Notes: generated from the sequence alone by a model not told the origin. DNA of 64,000 bases from Gloeobacterales cyanobacterium (GCA_038245785.1 JBBRSB010000015.1:34941-98940); one strand, 5' to 3'. Counted from the first letter of the stretch, positions 22,694 through 33,322 are shown. Made by a program: numbers and translations.

Positions 22694-24126
22694 TTGAAGT
22701 TAATGAATGATCAAACAGATGAAGAAGCTCTAGAAGAAAGCAGCAGTGTAAGTGAGCTGCCGAAGGGGTGGGTTGAAGCAAAATTTACAGACTTCCTCGA
22801 TATACAAGGTGGTACACAACCTCCTAAATCACAATTTTCAGAATCGTATAAAGACGGTTTAGTTAGGCTATTGCAAATTCGTGATTTCAGTAGTGATGAA
22901 AAGGCAATCTACATTAAAGATTCCCATAAATGGAGAAAATGTAATGAAGAAGATATTCTCATAGCTCGTTATGGAGCAAGTCTTGGGAGAATTCTCACTG
23001 GCAAAACTGGTGCATATAATGTGGCTCTAGCTAAAGTAGTTTTCTTAAGGCAGTACTTTGATAGAAAATATATTTTTTACTTGTTAAAAACACCTTACTT
23101 TCAAAACCCACTATTGTCTACATCTAGGTCTGCCCAGAATGGGTTTAACAAAGACGATTTGGATAGGATACTGCTTCCAGTAACTCCCCTCAACGAACAA
23201 CGCCGCATTGTTGCCAAGCTGGACAGCCTATTTGTCCGCAGCCGCTATGCCCGTGAGGAATTGGAGCGGATTCCTAAGCTGATTGAACGTTATAAACAAG
23301 CTGTGTTGACGGCTGCTTTTCGAGGTGATCTGACAGCGGATTGGAGGGAAGAAAACAATTCTGCACCTTTGATAGGAAATAAAACCTTAATTGATGGTCG
23401 ATTAGATGAATTACCAAGTTTGCCAGATGAATGGGTTTGGAGAAATGTAGGTCAGGTAGCAGAGGTTACAGGAGGACTGACTAAAAACCAGAGTCGCACA
23501 AGATTTGAAAAAAAAGTCCCTTACCTTCGTGTGGCTAATGTTTATGCAAATGAACTTCGTCTTAATGAAATTTTGGAAATTGGAATTGCCGAGACCGAAT
23601 GGGAACGGGTTAGACTCAAGTCAGGAGATCTTTTAATTGTTGAGGGCAATGGAAGCCTTGATCAGATTGGACGAGTTGCTCTCTGGAATGGTGAAGTCGA
23701 TCCATGTGCTCACCAAAATCATCTAATAAAGATGAGAGTAGGAGATTCTATTTTGTCAGAATTTGCACTCTATTGGTTATTGTCATCCAGTGGACGTCGT
23801 GCAATTGAGCAAGTTGCTTCTTCAAGTGCAGGTCTTCATACTCTTAGCATTTCTAAAGTTAGTGCATTACCAATACCTCTATGCTCTATCAAAGAAATGA
23901 AGGTTGTAGTAGAAAGAATCGAGAAACTTTTCAAAGCAGTTGATCTGATAGAGCAGCAGTATCAAAAAGCAAGCAAACTATACGATCGTCTTGAACAACC
24001 ACCCTTACCAAAGCCTTCAAGGGTGAATTAGTTTCCCAAAATCCTGACGATGAGCCAGCATCAGTATTACTAGAGCGTATTCGTGCCGAGAAGAAGGAGC
24101 AGCCAAAGGGAAGAAAAGTAAGATAG
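22694..24126 (+). pseudogene. hsdS: Type I restriction-modification specificity subunit with a frameshift near the 3' end
   Basis: LPKGW, PLNEQRRIVAKLD, AFRGDLT and two target-recognition domains; the conserved tail TLTKAFKGELVSQNPDDEPASVLLERI lies in another frame from 24001, implying a 1-bp loss near 23998. Confidence 0.88.
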
Positions 24127-24129
24127 TAC

Positions 24130-24390
24130 GTGGATGCCCAGAGGATGATCATGACTACACTGCTTAAACCTTCCGCCCTAATCCCTAAAGGACTGCAAGT
24201 TCAGCAGATTAATCACCTTACGCTGTTCAAATTCACCGATGAACTGGGCGATCGGCTGCAAACTTTGCTTGAGCAGAAAAAAGCCAATACCCTTACCCCA
24301 GAAGAAACCCTTGAGCTAGAAGCGATCGACGAACTCGACGAAATTTTCAGCTATATTAATGGCGTCATGGCTGCTAATGACCGTTCCTAA
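24130..24390 (+). CDS. Small hypothetical protein (antitoxin-like)
   Basis: 86-aa ORF in a TA cluster; RLQTLLEQKK..LTPEE..EL pattern. Confidence 0.55.
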   Translation: MDAQRMIMTTLLKPSALIPKGLQVQQINHLTLFKFTDELGDRLQTLLEQKKANTLTPEETLELEAIDELDEIFSYINGVMAANDRS

Positions 24391-24430
24391 ACCAGGATAA
24401 AAAGGTAATATCGAAATCTGGAGAGCGATC

Positions 24431-24670
24431 ATGACAACAGAAGAACTGTTACTAGAAAAATGGCGCACCCTTCCCCCAGCAAAACAGCAGGAAGTTTTAG
24501 CATTTGTCAATCACCTGACAAAGCCTTCTCTCACCGCCGATAGCCCCCTTGGACAAAAACTCCGGGCTATCCGCAGCCGCCTTGTCGAATCTGGAGTCTC
24601 ACTCTTGAGCGATGCTGAACTAGAACGGGAAATTGCAGAGCGACGGGGAGAGCGAGACACGATCGGCTAA
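24431..24670 (+). CDS. DUF2281-like antitoxin
   Basis: LLEKWRTLPPAKQQEVLAFV; stop overlaps the start of the PIN gene. Confidence 0.7.
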   Translation: MTTEELLLEKWRTLPPAKQQEVLAFVNHLTKPSLTADSPLGQKLRAIRSRLVESGVSLLSDAELEREIAERRGERDTIG

Positions 24671-25068
24671 TGGTACTCTCTTTTATTGATTCCGGTATTC
24701 TGATCATGGCGGCTCGCGGGAGTTCCCCTCGTTCTCAATTGGCTTTAGATATTTTGGCTGGTGGCGATCGCATTTTTGGTTCCAGCATTTTTATCAAACT
24801 GGAAGTCCTGCCAAAGTCAGTATGTTACCAACAAATCATAGAACAAGAATTCTATGAATCCTTCTTTCAAGGCGTAACTCACTGGATAAGCGATTTTGAC
24901 ACACTGACTCAATCAGCCTATCAATTAGCTTGTACCTATGGGCTATCCGGACTTGATGCCCTAAATGTAGCTGCTGCAATCTTGCTTGAAGCTGATGAAT
25001 TCATCACGACCGAAAAGCCAACAAAGCCAATGTATCGTGTTCCTGGTATTCAATTTGTGACTGTTTAG
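24670..25068 (+). CDS. PIN-domain (VapC-like) toxin
   Basis: FIDSGILI, LEVL, LDAL.VAAA..FITTE. Confidence 0.8.
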   Translation: MVLSFIDSGILIMAARGSSPRSQLALDILAGGDRIFGSSIFIKLEVLPKSVCYQQIIEQEFYESFFQGVTHWISDFDTLTQSAYQLACTYGLSGLDALNVAAAILLEADEFITTEKPTKPMYRVPGIQFVTV

Positions 25069-25300
25069 GGCAATCGCCGCTTATGTCGTTCTCGCAGGGC
25101 GCGGATCTTCTCACTGGAATACTCTGGGATGGGCGCAAGGCACAGTGCATCATACGAACGCATCCTGCGCTCGTCAATGAAGCCCACCGCGTGAAGATCT
25201 TGCGCGATCTCGTGAACTGTGTCCAGTATCTGACTGGTTGTCTTAGTCATGGCAAATCTCCTGTAATGCTCCACTCTTTACTTGGACATCAATCTCAGCA
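25065..25300 (-). pseudogene. Truncated XRE/HigA-like antitoxin preceded by the C-terminal fragment of a RelE/HigB-like toxin
   Basis: MTKTTSQILDTVHEIAQDLH..GFID...KIRALRERH stops before the HTH; the overlapping upstream frame ends ..KSGALQEICHD*. Confidence 0.55.
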
Positions 25301-25320
25301 GGTCAGAAGCGATACTATTT

Positions 25321-25728
25321 TCAAGATTCCACCTCCCAATCTTCAAGGCGTAGGTCATTCACACGGCTAAATTCTCCAGTGTTGTGGGTGATCAGCATCA
25401 GGTTGTGCGTGAGGGCAATTGCAGCAATTTGTAGGTCATTTGGCCCAATAGGTGTTCCCTTTGCTGCCAGATCTGCACGGATTTGTCCATAGGCAATCGT
25501 AGCCTCATCATCAAATGGAAGAGAGACAAACGGTTCAAGAAACTCATGATATCGAGTTAGCGTTTGAGCAGGATTTCGACTTTTCATCGCACCATAAAAT
25601 AATTCCGCTTTAACCACGGAACAAACTACTACATCGCCTTGCCTGGTCGCTTTGAGCCGTTGCTGAACTGCGGCAGATGTTCCATTGAGAAGACGGATAC
25701 AAACATTGGTATCGAGCAAATAAAACAT
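25321..25728 (-). CDS. vapC: VapC PIN-domain toxin
   Basis: YLLDTNVCI, AELFYG, GTPIGPNDLQIAAIA, THNTGEF. Confidence 0.92.
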   Translation of the reverse strand: MFYLLDTNVCIRLLNGTSAAVQQRLKATRQGDVVVCSVVKAELFYGAMKSRNPAQTLTRYHEFLEPFVSLPFDDEATIAYGQIRADLAAKGTPIGPNDLQIAAIALTHNLMLITHNTGEFSRVNDLRLEDWEVES

Positions 25729-25730
25729 TG

Positions 25731-25988
25731 CTAATCGAATACTCCTTCCATATCATCATCCAGTGCTTCTGAAATACCTTCATCATCAATCACGATTGGA
25801 TCATCGGCACAGATCCCATAGATTCGTTCAAAAAAACCAACGGGCCACCCTCGCTCATCGACTTCTTGCGGTGCAAGTTTCTGATAAGTTACCGTAACTT
25901 CTACTTCACCGTCTTGGATTTCTGTGGGAATCTCAAGATGTAGAATGCCATCTGCCCTGGTGTGCTGACGCACCTTAATACTTTTCAT
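25731..25988 (-). CDS. Putative antitoxin partner of vapC
   Basis: Directly upstream of vapC; MKSIKVRQH..DGILHLEIP..WPVGFFE; start taken at ATG 25988. Confidence 0.65.
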   Translation of the reverse strand: MKSIKVRQHTRADGILHLEIPTEIQDGEVEVTVTYQKLAPQEVDERGWPVGFFERIYGICADDPIVIDDEGISEALDDDMEGVFD

Positions 25989-26248
25989 GGTTCGGCTCCT
26001 TGCCCACAACGCAACAACCTCTTCACCCAATTCTGCCAGAATTACTTGAACCCGCTGCACTGGTTCAGACAATTCTTCACTACTGATGTTGCTATTTATC
26101 TCAGGAACTCCAAATACGGAAGCATTACATTGTTGCCTCGTTAGCTCTAGTACGCGCTCGGTATTGGATGGACGATTTTATTCCTGTGGTTTGTATTTAT
26201 TGTTGCGTTGATGCCATTTCATATTTATATCCATCATTGGATGGTTAC

Positions 26249-26276
26249 GTAGAGACACGATATATCGTGTCTCTAC
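26249..26276. repeat. REP-like perfect palindrome
   Basis: GTAGAGACACGATATATCGTGTCTCTAC, with a GTAG end. Confidence 0.75.
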
Positions 26277-26513
26277 AGGAAATTCAATATACGCAAAAAA
26301 TGAAATGGGTTCATCCAAATTCCATCCATCGGATTGGGCAACCATGCACCATTGTCCCAAATCAATAGGGTCTTATCCGGCGCAGTGATCACCTGCCATT
26401 CCTCGAAACAACGTATGGGTCTTGGCTGTTATTGCGAATCTTTTCTGCTATTTGTCAAAAACAGAGGAAGCAGGCTACTTTAGTGAAAATTGCATATATA
26501 AGAGCCTGCTGAT

Positions 26514-27365
26514 ATGAAATGGGAAGACCTGCGCCGCAGCAACAACGTCGAAGACCAGAGAGGGGCATCCTCCGGCGGGCGCGTGGCTGGAGGCGTCGGC
26601 ATCGGTAGCATTGTGGTTGCCCTGGTCGCGAGCCTGGTTTTCGGTGTGAATCCTGTGGAGGTGTTGAATCTACTCCAAGGCGGAGAAGTTGCGCCTAATC
26701 CGAACTCACAGGTTAAACCGATCGATGACCGGGACTCCCAATTTGTCAAAGCAGTCTTGGGAGACACCGAAGACACCTGGGGCCGTATCTTTCAGCAACA
26801 GCTCCAAATGTCCTATCAGCCACCCAAGCTGGTGTTATTTAACCAAGGCGTCAACTCAGCCTGTGGCATGGCAAGCACGGCTGTAGGACCGTTTTACTGT
26901 CCGGCGGATGAAAAAGTCTACCTGGATATGGCTTTCTTTCGGAAGATTGAGGCAACGGCTGGCTCCAGCGCTGACTTTGCCCGAGCCTATGCGATTGCCC
27001 ACGAAGTTGGACATCATGTGCAAAATCTGATGGGTATTTCGGACCAGGTGAAAAATACGCAAAGTCGCTCTGGCCGGACTACAGGAAATGCCTTATCGGT
27101 GAGGGTTGAACTGCAGGCCGACTGCTTTGCTGGCGTGTGGGGACACTATACCGCTGAGCGGAATTTGGTGAATGGACAAGATGTGAAAGAAGCGATGGAT
27201 ACGGCTGCTCAGATTGGAGATGACTACTTGCAAAAGCAGGGACAGGGATACGTGGTCCCGGAAAGCTTTACCCATGGTTCATCGCAACAGCGGGTTTCCT
27301 GGTTCAGTAAGGGATTGAAGAGCGGGAATATCAAGCAATGTGACACTTTTACAGCCCGGAATTAA
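26514..27365 (+). CDS. Neutral zinc metallopeptidase (YpfJ family)
   Basis: GPFYCPAD, AHEVGHHVQ, ELQADC, ESFTHG. Confidence 0.93.
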   Translation: MKWEDLRRSNNVEDQRGASSGGRVAGGVGIGSIVVALVASLVFGVNPVEVLNLLQGGEVAPNPNSQVKPIDDRDSQFVKAVLGDTEDTWGRIFQQQLQMSYQPPKLVLFNQGVNSACGMASTAVGPFYCPADEKVYLDMAFFRKIEATAGSSADFARAYAIAHEVGHHVQNLMGISDQVKNTQSRSGRTTGNALSVRVELQADCFAGVWGHYTAERNLVNGQDVKEAMDTAAQIGDDYLQKQGQGYVVPESFTHGSSQQRVSWFSKGLKSGNIKQCDTFTARN

Positions 27366-27802
27366 TCGGGAGAACTGCTTGAAGTTAATAAGCTCTGCAT
27401 GTAGGCCCTTTGTCCTTGTCTCTCAATCAACCTTTGCACCTCTGTTCGCAATCCACGTTGTTGAACAGCTAGAGAAGCAACAATTTCTTGCTGCATTTGG
27501 CTGATAGTCAGCATAGTTTGCAACTCCTGGCGCATATCTCCGATCTGGCCTTGCTGTGCTTCAACGACCTGTTGATGGGCCTGAGCAACTCCTTGGAGCT
27601 TTAGGGTTGAGTCTTGGAGCTTTTGAGTAGATCCCTGCAATTCTCGGGTTGTACCCTGCAGCTCTTGGGTCGAGTTCTGTAGTTCTCGGGTCGCACCCTG
27701 CAGCTCACGGGTTGCACCTTGTAACTCACGAACCGATTGAGTCAAAGCTTCTATGTCTGTCGCCAAGCGATCCAGCCTGTCATCTGTCCAACGTTCCACC
27801 AT
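27362..27802 (-). CDS. Coiled-coil protein with tandem heptad repeats
   Basis: WTDDRLDRLA N-terminus; repeated (R/Q)ELQG(A/S/T)T units. Confidence 0.7.
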   Translation of the reverse strand: MVERWTDDRLDRLATDIEALTQSVRELQGATRELQGATRELQNSTQELQGTTRELQGSTQKLQDSTLKLQGVAQAHQQVVEAQQGQIGDMRQELQTMLTISQMQQEIVASLAVQQRGLRTEVQRLIERQGQRAYMQSLLTSSSSPD

Positions 27803-27972
27803 AATTTCTCTGCGTCTAGTAAACCATTCTCTGAATATACTCTATGTTCAGACTGTTTGTTGTGTGTTCTGACTGCTTCTGTCAGAGACTTTGAGAGAAG
27901 CTAAGCAATCAAGTTACAATGACTAAATGGGACATAATGAATTGCCACCACCATCAGTGTCTCTAATAGAAG

Positions 27973-28293
27973 TTGCGTATGTTGAAGAAAGAAAAATCCA
28001 AAGATACCGCATCGATACTGGCTCTATTTCTAGGCCCCTTTGCCGTGCATAAATTTTACTTAGGCGAATTAAAAGAAGGCTGGGTTCAGGTGGGCCTGAT
28101 TGTGTTTTTTACTCTTGGAATTATTTTTTCTATCGTTTCAAGCGCGAGCGATTTCTATTTGAGTCCTCTATTCATCGCTAGCACTTTAGGCGCTAGCATC
28201 ATTGGCTTTAAAGCAGCCTTTGATTCTATTCGTCTGGCCTACATGAGCGAACAGGATTTTAATCAAAAGTACAACCGGTTTGAAAGGGATTGA
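27973..28293 (+). CDS. TM2-domain membrane protein
   Basis: ILALFLG..AVHKFYLG, F.QKYN. Confidence 0.8.
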   Translation: MRMLKKEKSKDTASILALFLGPFAVHKFYLGELKEGWVQVGLIVFFTLGIIFSIVSSASDFYLSPLFIASTLGASIIGFKAAFDSIRLAYMSEQDFNQKYNRFERD

Positions 28294-28335
28294 AGGTGCT
28301 GATGCTAGGATCAGAGTCTTGATCTGTATGCTTTT

Positions 28336-29388
28336 ATGTCTGGCAATGAAAAAGTAGTGGTCGGTCTCTCCGGCGGGGTAGATAGCTCCGTCACAGCGGC
28401 TCTTTTGGTCCAGCAGGGCTATCAGGTGGCAGGGCTAACCCTGTGGCTACTGAATGGTAAAGGTTCCTGCTGCTCCGATGGTATGAAAGATGCCGCCAAA
28501 CTGTGTGACCAGTTGAACATTCCCCACTACATCGTGGATGTGCGCGAGGAATTTGATAAGCGGATTGTGCAGTTCATTGTCGATGGCTATAAGCATGGGG
28601 TAACACCCTTGCCCTGCTCACGCTGCAACAAAGACCTCAAATTTGGGCTGATGCTGGACTATGCGCGGGAAAAATTAGAGATTCCCAAAGTTGCTACCGG
28701 GCATTACGCGCGGGTAGACCAGGTAGACGGACGCTATCGCTTGCGTCGGGCAGTAGACCGCAATAAAGACCAGAGCTACTTCCTCTATGAACTCTCCCAA
28801 GACCAATTGATGGGAGCCGTATTTCCTTTGGGCGAAACCACCAAAGACCAAACCCGAGCCATTGCTCGTGAATTAGGACTCGCTGTAGCCGATAAACCAG
28901 AAAGTATGGACCTCTGCTTAGTGGAAGCTGCTGGTTCGATGCGGAACTTCTTAGATGAGCATCTAGACCCGGTAGCGGGTGAAATTGTCGATACTACAGG
29001 CGCTGTGGTGGGCAAACATGATGGAGCCCATCACTACACCATTGGTCAACGAAAAGGCTTGGGTGTGGCGGCTGCCCATCCGCTCTATGTGCTGGATATC
29101 CAGGTAGAAAATAACCGTGTCATTGTCGGCCCACGGGAAGATGCTTTTGAAGCCCAAACTATAGTCCAGCGAGTGAACTGGGTATCTTGCGCAGAACCAA
29201 GTCAGCCGATTCGTGCCGAAGTGCAAATTCGCTATCGCAGTAGTCCGGTCCTGGCCACATTGGTGCCGATGCCTGACGATCAAATCCGAATTATCTTTGA
29301 TGAACCGCAGTTTGGGATTACACCAGGCCAAGCAGCCGTTTGGTATGAGGGTGATGTTCTCTTGGGCGGCGGAATTATTTCGCCTTAA
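28336..29388 (+). CDS. mnmA: tRNA 2-thiouridine(34) synthase
   Basis: [35 protein letters not shown]. Confidence 0.97.
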   Translation: MSGNEKVVVGLSGGVDSSVTAALLVQQGYQVAGLTLWLLNGKGSCCSDGMKDAAKLCDQLNIPHYIVDVREEFDKRIVQFIVDGYKHGVTPLPCSRCNKDLKFGLMLDYAREKLEIPKVATGHYARVDQVDGRYRLRRAVDRNKDQSYFLYELSQDQLMGAVFPLGETTKDQTRAIARELGLAVADKPESMDLCLVEAAGSMRNFLDEHLDPVAGEIVDTTGAVVGKHDGAHHYTIGQRKGLGVAAAHPLYVLDIQVENNRVIVGPREDAFEAQTIVQRVNWVSCAEPSQPIRAEVQIRYRSSPVLATLVPMPDDQIRIIFDEPQFGITPGQAAVWYEGDVLLGGGIISP

Positions 29389-29447
29389 GTGGCAAAAAGT
29401 GTCAGATAATGCTGGCTGACCTCCCCTAACCAGCGTTACCCTTTGCC

Positions 29448-30152
29448 ATGAGTCCTCAAAATACTGAACGTCCGCTTAACGCTACCAGTGATAAGAATGT
29501 CGTCCGGGAATATTTCAACAGCACAGGTTTTGAGCGCTGGCAGAAAATTTACGGCACGGGACCTGTCAATCGGGTGCAGCAATCTATCCGCACAGGCCAT
29601 CAACAAACGATGGATACCGTCTTGACCTGGCTGGGCACAGACCTCACCGGAGTCAGTGTTTGTGATGCAGGCTGTGGTCTGGGGTCTTTAAGCTTACCCC
29701 TGGCTGAGCGGGGTGCCAAAGTTTCAGGCTTTGATATATCTGAAAAAATGATTGGAGAAGCAATCCAAATTCGGAATCAACAATTCGCCAGCACCCAAAA
29801 CCCCCAGTTTGAGGTGCGAGAAGTAGAAGCGATTAGCGGAAAATACGATGTAGTCATCTGTCTTGATGTTTTGATTCACTATCCCCTGCAGGATGTGGAA
29901 AAAATGCTGGCTCACTTGAGTTCGTTAAGCCGTTCTCGCCTCTTACTCACCTTCGCTCCCAAAACGCCTTTGCTGACTATTTTGAAAAAGATTGGTGGTT
30001 TCTTTCCCGGTGCCAGCAAAACAACCCGTGCCTATCAGCATCGAGAGAAGGACATTTTAGCGATCTTGCAAAAGTTAGGATGGACCTTGAGCAATCGAGC
30101 AGCGATCAATGACAAGTTCTACTTTGCACGGCTGGTTGAGGCCAAACGCTAG
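29448..30152 (+). CDS. chlM: Magnesium protoporphyrin IX methyltransferase
   Basis: YFNSTGFERW.KIYG, DAGCG.G, CLDVLIHYP, FFPG.SK.TRAY. Confidence 0.96.
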   Translation: MSPQNTERPLNATSDKNVVREYFNSTGFERWQKIYGTGPVNRVQQSIRTGHQQTMDTVLTWLGTDLTGVSVCDAGCGLGSLSLPLAERGAKVSGFDISEKMIGEAIQIRNQQFASTQNPQFEVREVEAISGKYDVVICLDVLIHYPLQDVEKMLAHLSSLSRSRLLLTFAPKTPLLTILKKIGGFFPGASKTTRAYQHREKDILAILQKLGWTLSNRAAINDKFYFARLVEAKR

Positions 30153-30160
30153 GACTCTAT

Positions 30161-30688
30161 ATGTCAGACCTTTATATCTCCTGGGAAGAATATCATCAGA
30201 AAATTGAGCAGCTTGCCGCTAAAGTCTATCAAGCTGACTGGGCTTTCAACCAAATTGTTTGCCTCGCTAAAGGTGGATTGCGGGTTGGTGATATTCTTTG
30301 TCGGATCTATGACCAACCTTTAGCCATTCTCTGTGCCTCTTCCTATGGAGGAGAACATAATCAAGTACGCGGCAACCTAACTTTTTCCCGCGATGTGGCG
30401 ATGACCAATGCGCAGATGGGCAGTCATGTTCTACTTGTGGATGATTTGGTAGATTCGGGGGTCACTCTGCAAAAGTCTATTGATTGGTTAAAACAGCACT
30501 ATGGCACTTCTGTGCAGGAAGTGCGGACCGCCTGTCTTTGGTACAAAGCGCATTCTGTGATTGCTCCTGACTATTACGTGGACTATCTGGCCGATAATCC
30601 TTGGATCCATCAACCGTTTGAAATCTATGAAAAGATGAGTCCCGAGGAGTTAGCCAAAGAATCTAATGGTGTCGAATTGATTCCGTGA
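30161..30688 (+). CDS. Type I phosphoribosyltransferase (xanthine/guanine PRT-like)
   Basis: VLLVDDLVDSGVT PRPP-binding motif; WIHQPFE. Confidence 0.9.
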   Translation: MSDLYISWEEYHQKIEQLAAKVYQADWAFNQIVCLAKGGLRVGDILCRIYDQPLAILCASSYGGEHNQVRGNLTFSRDVAMTNAQMGSHVLLVDDLVDSGVTLQKSIDWLKQHYGTSVQEVRTACLWYKAHSVIAPDYYVDYLADNPWIHQPFEIYEKMSPEELAKESNGVELIP

Positions 30689-30847
30689 TGCTTGCACAAT
30701 AAAATGTTTTTAGTATCGGTCTAACCAACTGATAGCTCTAGGCAATCTGCGTGTTTTCCCAATCAGCATATCTGCCGATATAAGGGGATTCGGATTGATA
30801 TACGGGGAGAGCATCTACTTCCAAGGAGAAGGGCAGACATACTTTAA

Positions 30848-31150
30848 AGAAGCCAGGAGTTTGTAGAACAATGCAGTATTGACTTCTATCTTCTAGGATG
30901 CGCGTACACGCCCGCACCATCGAAAACTGCAATAGAACTTGATGGAGGAACTTGGAGAAAGGGCGGCAGTGCCCATAGTGGTGCTGGTAAGCTGCGAGAC
31001 ATAGAAAAGGACCTGATAGCTTTATATAATGGCTATCAGGTCCTTAGATTGTCGTATTGCATGATCAACGAAGATAATCTCCGGACTGTGGCTGCGATAA
31101 TAAGCCAGAGGTCAGTTAATAAAATCTTGATGCCTCTTGCGAATGTCTAG
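30848..31150 (+). pseudogene. Fragment of a DUF559/Vsr-like PD-(D/E)XK nuclease (phage-like), with no start codon
   Basis: Manual translation IDFY...KTAIELDGGTWRKGGSAHSGAGKLRDIEKDLIALYNGYQVLRLS; absent from the ORF track. Confidence 0.55.
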
Positions 31151-31462
31151 TGCTTCTGTTTCCCATTCTTCAAAACTCATAGAAACGGTTTCATCCCCTT
31201 CACATTCTCTAAGGAGTGCTGATTCTGTGCGCATTATGCAGCAAATCCAGACAACTTCCATATTTTCCTCAAAACAATGAATAAACTGACCTTCTTCGAC
31301 TGTAAGAATTTGAGTCTGTTCTATAGGCTTGTTTAGTAATTCAGGATAACGATTAAGAAAGTCTTTAACCTCTTGTGTAGTTCTTTCCTCTCTAATAGTT
31401 CCAACTAAGACTGGCACTTTAATAAAAAGCCCAGTCACTATATTGACCAATGCTTTAATCAT
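31112..31462 (-). CDS. Hypothetical protein (AT-rich island)
   Basis: 116-aa ORF; family not recognised. Confidence 0.45.
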   Translation of the reverse strand: MIKALVNIVTGLFIKVPVLVGTIREERTTQEVKDFLNRYPELLNKPIEQTQILTVEEGQFIHCFEENMEVVWICCIMRTESALLRECEGDETVSMSFEEWETEALDIRKRHQDFIN

Positions 31463-31843
31463 GATCGTTTCTCAAGGTTAAATCCAGAATACCCCGTTGT
31501 CCGGATAAAGGATAAATAGAGCAATTACCACACGATCTTCCATGTATGCATAGCTTCCCTCTACGACGTAGACCTCACTTCTGTAGAGAAAACCTTCCCT
31601 AGGGCCTTTAAAGGGTGGAGGCAACAAAAAGAGGAGAGATATCATCGGGAGAGAGCATGAACATAGAGGACCACCAAGAATAGAGAAGAACAGGACGTTC
31701 TCACTGAGGCAATAGTGAAATTGTTCTGCCCTACTTTATCTTTTCCCTAAACAGGGGGAACTATCACGTGACAGTTGTGTTTCGTCACAGAAAAGAGGGG
31801 AATTTTTTTGATTCACTTAATCTTTTTCATGAACCCTTATTGC

Positions 31844-31930
31844 CAACTTTATAAGTCCTTTATATTAGAGCTGCAACAACTTCATAAGTCCTTTATATTA
31901 GAGCTGCAACAACTTCATAAGTCCTTCATA
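31844..31930. repeat. 33-bp direct tandem repeat, about 2.6 copies
   Basis: CAACTT(T/C)ATAAGTCCTTTATATTAGAGCTGCAA at 31844 and 31877, partial at 31910. Confidence 0.9.
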
Positions 31931-31932
31931 GC

Positions 31933-32895
31933 TCAACGGACGGCCACTTCAGATTCAGTCTGCAGGGGCTGAAACATCGCAGAACTAAGATAGCGCTCAC
32001 CATTGCTTGGCTGAATAAAGACAATCAACTTACCTGCATTCTCTGGACGTTTTCCCACTTGCACTGCAGCCCAGCAAGCGGCTCCACTGGAAATCCCAGA
32101 GAGGAGCCCTTCTTCCTTGGCCAAACGACGACCGTAGTCCAAAGCATAGGCGTCAGAAACCTGGATGATTTCGTCTATCAATTCCCGCCGGAGCACGCTG
32201 GGTACGAAGCCAGCTCCAATGCCCTGGATCTTGTGGGGACCCGCCTGCCCACCGGAAAGTACAGGGCTGGCTTCGGGTTCAATGGCAATCGCTTGGAAAC
32301 TTTGCTTGCGGGCTTTGAGGGCTTCGCTGATGCCCGTAATGGTGCCGCCCGTGCCTACACCGGAGATGAGAATGTCAATCTTGCCATCGGTGTCATCCCA
32401 AAGTTCTACCGCTGTAGTTTCGCGATGGATTTTGGGATTGGCCAGGTTATCAAACTGTTGCAGCATATAGGCATTGGGAGTGGATTCCACGAGCTGCTTG
32501 GCCCGCTCAATCGCTCCCCGCATTCCCAAGTGACCAGGGGTGAGTTCCAATTCAGCTCCGTAGGCTCTGAGCAGCGCTCTTCTTTCCATACTCATCGTTT
32601 CCGGCATCGTCAAAATGAGGCGATACCCCTTGGCCGCAGCAACCATCGCTAAAGCAATCCCTGTATTCCCCGAAGTTGGTTCTACCAAAACGGTGCGTCC
32701 AGGGACAATGCGCCCGCCCTGCTCCGCATCTTCCACCATCGAAATACCAATCCGGTCTTTTACCGAAGAAGCCGGATTCATACTTTCCATCTTCATGACG
32801 ATTTGGGCAACACAGCCCTCTGCCTGAGGGATACGGTTGAGCTGTACTAGCGGTGTACGACCGATGAGTTGGGTGATGCTAGGGGCGATGTGCAT
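31933..32895 (-). CDS. cysK: Cysteine synthase A
   Basis: [10 protein letters not shown] (PLP lysine), [22 protein letters not shown]. Confidence 0.97.
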   Translation of the reverse strand: MHIAPSITQLIGRTPLVQLNRIPQAEGCVAQIVMKMESMNPASSVKDRIGISMVEDAEQGGRIVPGRTVLVEPTSGNTGIALAMVAAAKGYRLILTMPETMSMERRALLRAYGAELELTPGHLGMRGAIERAKQLVESTPNAYMLQQFDNLANPKIHRETTAVELWDDTDGKIDILISGVGTGGTITGISEALKARKQSFQAIAIEPEASPVLSGGQAGPHKIQGIGAGFVPSVLRRELIDEIIQVSDAYALDYGRRLAKEEGLLSGISSGAACWAAVQVGKRPENAGKLIVFIQPSNGERYLSSAMFQPLQTESEVAVR

Positions 32896-33034
32896 AAGGC
32901 TCTCCTGACGCTAGTGGCACTGTCTATATTCCACAATCAGTCCGCTCTTACATAGGAAGCGGATGGTTATATATCTACTTTAACGTCCTAGAATGCGCCT
33001 AAAATGAAATCTACTCTTAGACTTCTCTCTCCTT

Positions 33035-33322
33035 ATGGATCTATCTACTAAAATTCAGACTGTGCTTCAGGAAAAACTCGATGCCTTGGTGGTGGAAATT
33101 GAAGATGAAAGTCATCTCCACGCAGGCCATAGAGGACGGATGGATAGTCAGGGTGGTCACTACAACTTAGTAGTAGTTTCTCCTGCTTTTGTAGGCAAAC
33201 CAATGTTGAAGCAACATCGCCTTATTTATGATGCCCTGTCCCAAGAAATGGGTGTATCGATCCACGCCCTTTCTTTAAAGACCTATACGCCTGAGCAATG
33301 GTCTAAGCTACAGGCTGTTTAG
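33035..33322 (+). CDS. BolA family protein
   Basis: DESHLHAGH, HRLIY, IHALSL. Confidence 0.93.
   Translation: MDLSTKIQTVLQEKLDALVVEIEDESHLHAGHRGRMDSQGGHYNLVVVSPAFVGKPMLKQHRLIYDALSQEMGVSIHALSLKTYTPEQWSKLQAV

Noticed and set aside
31844..31930. CRISPR array
   Set aside because: The units are contiguous with no unique spacers, and no cas genes are in the window.
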